A DNA stretch of 64,000 nt from NCBI GenBank assembly GCA_010356995.1, contig ML996687.1, forward strand, positions 1,737,803 to 1,801,802. Direction: 5' to 3'. Of this stretch, positions 62,459-64,000 are shown piece by piece (position 1 is the first letter of the stretch; the number at the start of each line of letters is the position of its first letter). The notes beneath the pieces were generated by a model. That model was not told where the DNA came from. It ran no database searches and worked only from the letters and a program-made list of their open reading frames with translations. Source of the stretch: Trichodelitschia bisporula. Taxonomy: Eukaryota. Made by a program: the position numbers and the translations under genes.

Positions 62459-63263
62459 GATGTTTATATCGAGGTGGTCAAGATGTGAATTGCGGCTGCA
62501 GACAGAAGGCATGGATCCTTTTTATGTCTGTCGGCAAGGGACATAGGTATGACGTCCGCCTCGTCATCGAGCCGCCCTGCACAGCGGAGCATGCTCCGTC
62601 GTCTTCTCTTCAGCCTCCTCCAAGCCATTGCGTCATTAAATCTCAATAGTCGCACTCAGCCTTCTCGAACTCTTGTGACCCCGCAATACGCAATTCATCC
62701 GCCGCGGTCCAGTGCCGGACTCTGGGGCAAGCCTCTGCCGCGTGCACACCGCCGCAGGTTTTCCTCCGGAACGAAGCCGAACAGCTAGGGCTGACCTGCG
62801 TTCGGTTTGCCTTGCGACTGAAACAGCACCTCATCCCTCGTTCTTTAACCTACTCTCGCTCCTCTGCTTGTTTCCGTTTAGCACCTCGGCACCCAATTTC
62901 ACTATCCCTGGGAACTGTTTGACAGCCTTCGGGAAGCTAGCCGGATTGGGGTACTCTACGTACTGCTGTAGCCGGAAGCACGGTTACGCATATGTGGACT
63001 GAATGTTCCGCGGACGTGGACCGGGATGGCACGCGGCGAAGCTCTAATCCAACGAATGCCGAACTCGTTTGAGTGGTTCTGCCCATCTAAAATAAATATA
63101 AAATGCGTCCTCTGGTCGCCAGGTATCCGCCTTAGCGTATTGACGCGACGTCGCGAGGCTATATACGGTGCCACTCCCACTGCTCACCATCCCCTCGCAA
63201 CATCAACACTCCACGGGAACCCAACAGTCTCTACTGACATCCCCCACACTCCTTCAAGGCACA

Positions 63264-63758
63264 ATGAAGTTCTCCAACCCCCTCCTCCTGGCCGTTGCCT
63301 CCCTCACCGCCGCTCAGACCACAACCCCGCGAACAACCCCCGTCCTCGGCGCCGTCGGCATAGCCGTAGCCTCCATCCCCAACTCCGTCAAATTCTACAC
63401 CGAGGTGCTGGGCCTCAAGCCTACGGGGCAGACCTACAACACGCCGCAATTCGACGAGGTCGTGCTCTCGCTGCCGTACCCCAACGCCGGATCCGCGATC
63501 GTCCTGATGCAGTGGAAGACGCCGAAGAATACCACCAATATCCCCGTCAAGCTAGCGTTTTATGTCCCGGATGTTAAGGCGCAGATTGAGAAGATCCGTG
63601 CGGCTGGAAAGGAGATCGTGCTTGAGCCGGGGTCGGGGAAGATTGGCGGCGTGACGCTGCCGACGGCCATGGCGAGGGATGTGGATGGATACCTGTTGGA
63701 GTTTAATCCGCTTTCGCTGCTTACGGCGGCTCCGGCGAAGAAGCCGGGGCGGGTTTGA
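63264..63758 (+). CDS. Secreted VOC/glyoxalase-fold protein
   Basis: Signal peptide MKFSNPLLLAVASLTAA, then SVKFYTEVLGL, KLAFYVPDV and ARDVDGYLLEF. Intronless; TATATA at about 63160. Confidence 0.85.
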   Translation: MKFSNPLLLAVASLTAAQTTTPRTTPVLGAVGIAVASIPNSVKFYTEVLGLKPTGQTYNTPQFDEVVLSLPYPNAGSAIVLMQWKTPKNTTNIPVKLAFYVPDVKAQIEKIRAAGKEIVLEPGSGKIGGVTLPTAMARDVDGYLLEFNPLSLLTAAPAKKPGRV

Positions 63759-64000
63759 GTCCCGGGTCGTTCTGTGCCAGTATCGGCATGGGGGAGGGAA
63801 GGAGGGAGGGCCTAGGAAGTGGGAAGTGGAAGGCTATACAAAATGAAAACTTCTGGCTTTAACGGCGGGCAAGCCTCATGCAAGCAAGTTGGTAATGCAA
63901 AGCCAAAAACGGCAACTGTTACTTTGATTCGGGTAATCGCACCAGAACCGGGGTATCACTCTCCAGCCGTTCCCACTAGTCGTGTTTCTCGGAATCCAAC

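Overview
This is eukaryotic DNA from a gene-dense filamentous ascomycete (Pezizomycotina, probably Dothideomycete-like). The evidence is short GT-AG introns, mostly 43-90 nt, with CTAAC/CTGAC branch points. About 24 protein-coding genes can be reconstructed by hand, mostly housekeeping: FAP1/NF-X1 (5' end outside the window), EAF1, FYV4, KIN28, kinesin-7, VHC1, AVT3, eIF3m, URA6, IDH1, NXT1, a NEDD8 protease and a SERCA pump. The rest are an amidohydrolase, a DHA1 MFS transporter, a Zn2Cys6 factor, a secreted VOC protein and several conserved unknowns. I saw no transposon, tRNA, rRNA or secondary-metabolite backbone gene. Best leads: (1) a small mitochondrial membrane-protein ORF only 99 nt upstream of URA6, a possible dicistronic or alternatively spliced unit; (2) an ARM/PH-disorder-coiled-coil protein shaped like a Red1/Rec10/SYCP2 meiotic axis core; (3) an orphan C/D-box hairpin with an antisense match to 25S rRNA; (4) a fucosyltransferase-fold type II membrane protein; (5) a cluster of CGG palindromes upstream of the Zn2Cys6 gene. 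All gene models and family calls come from manual reading and recall, with no database searches.
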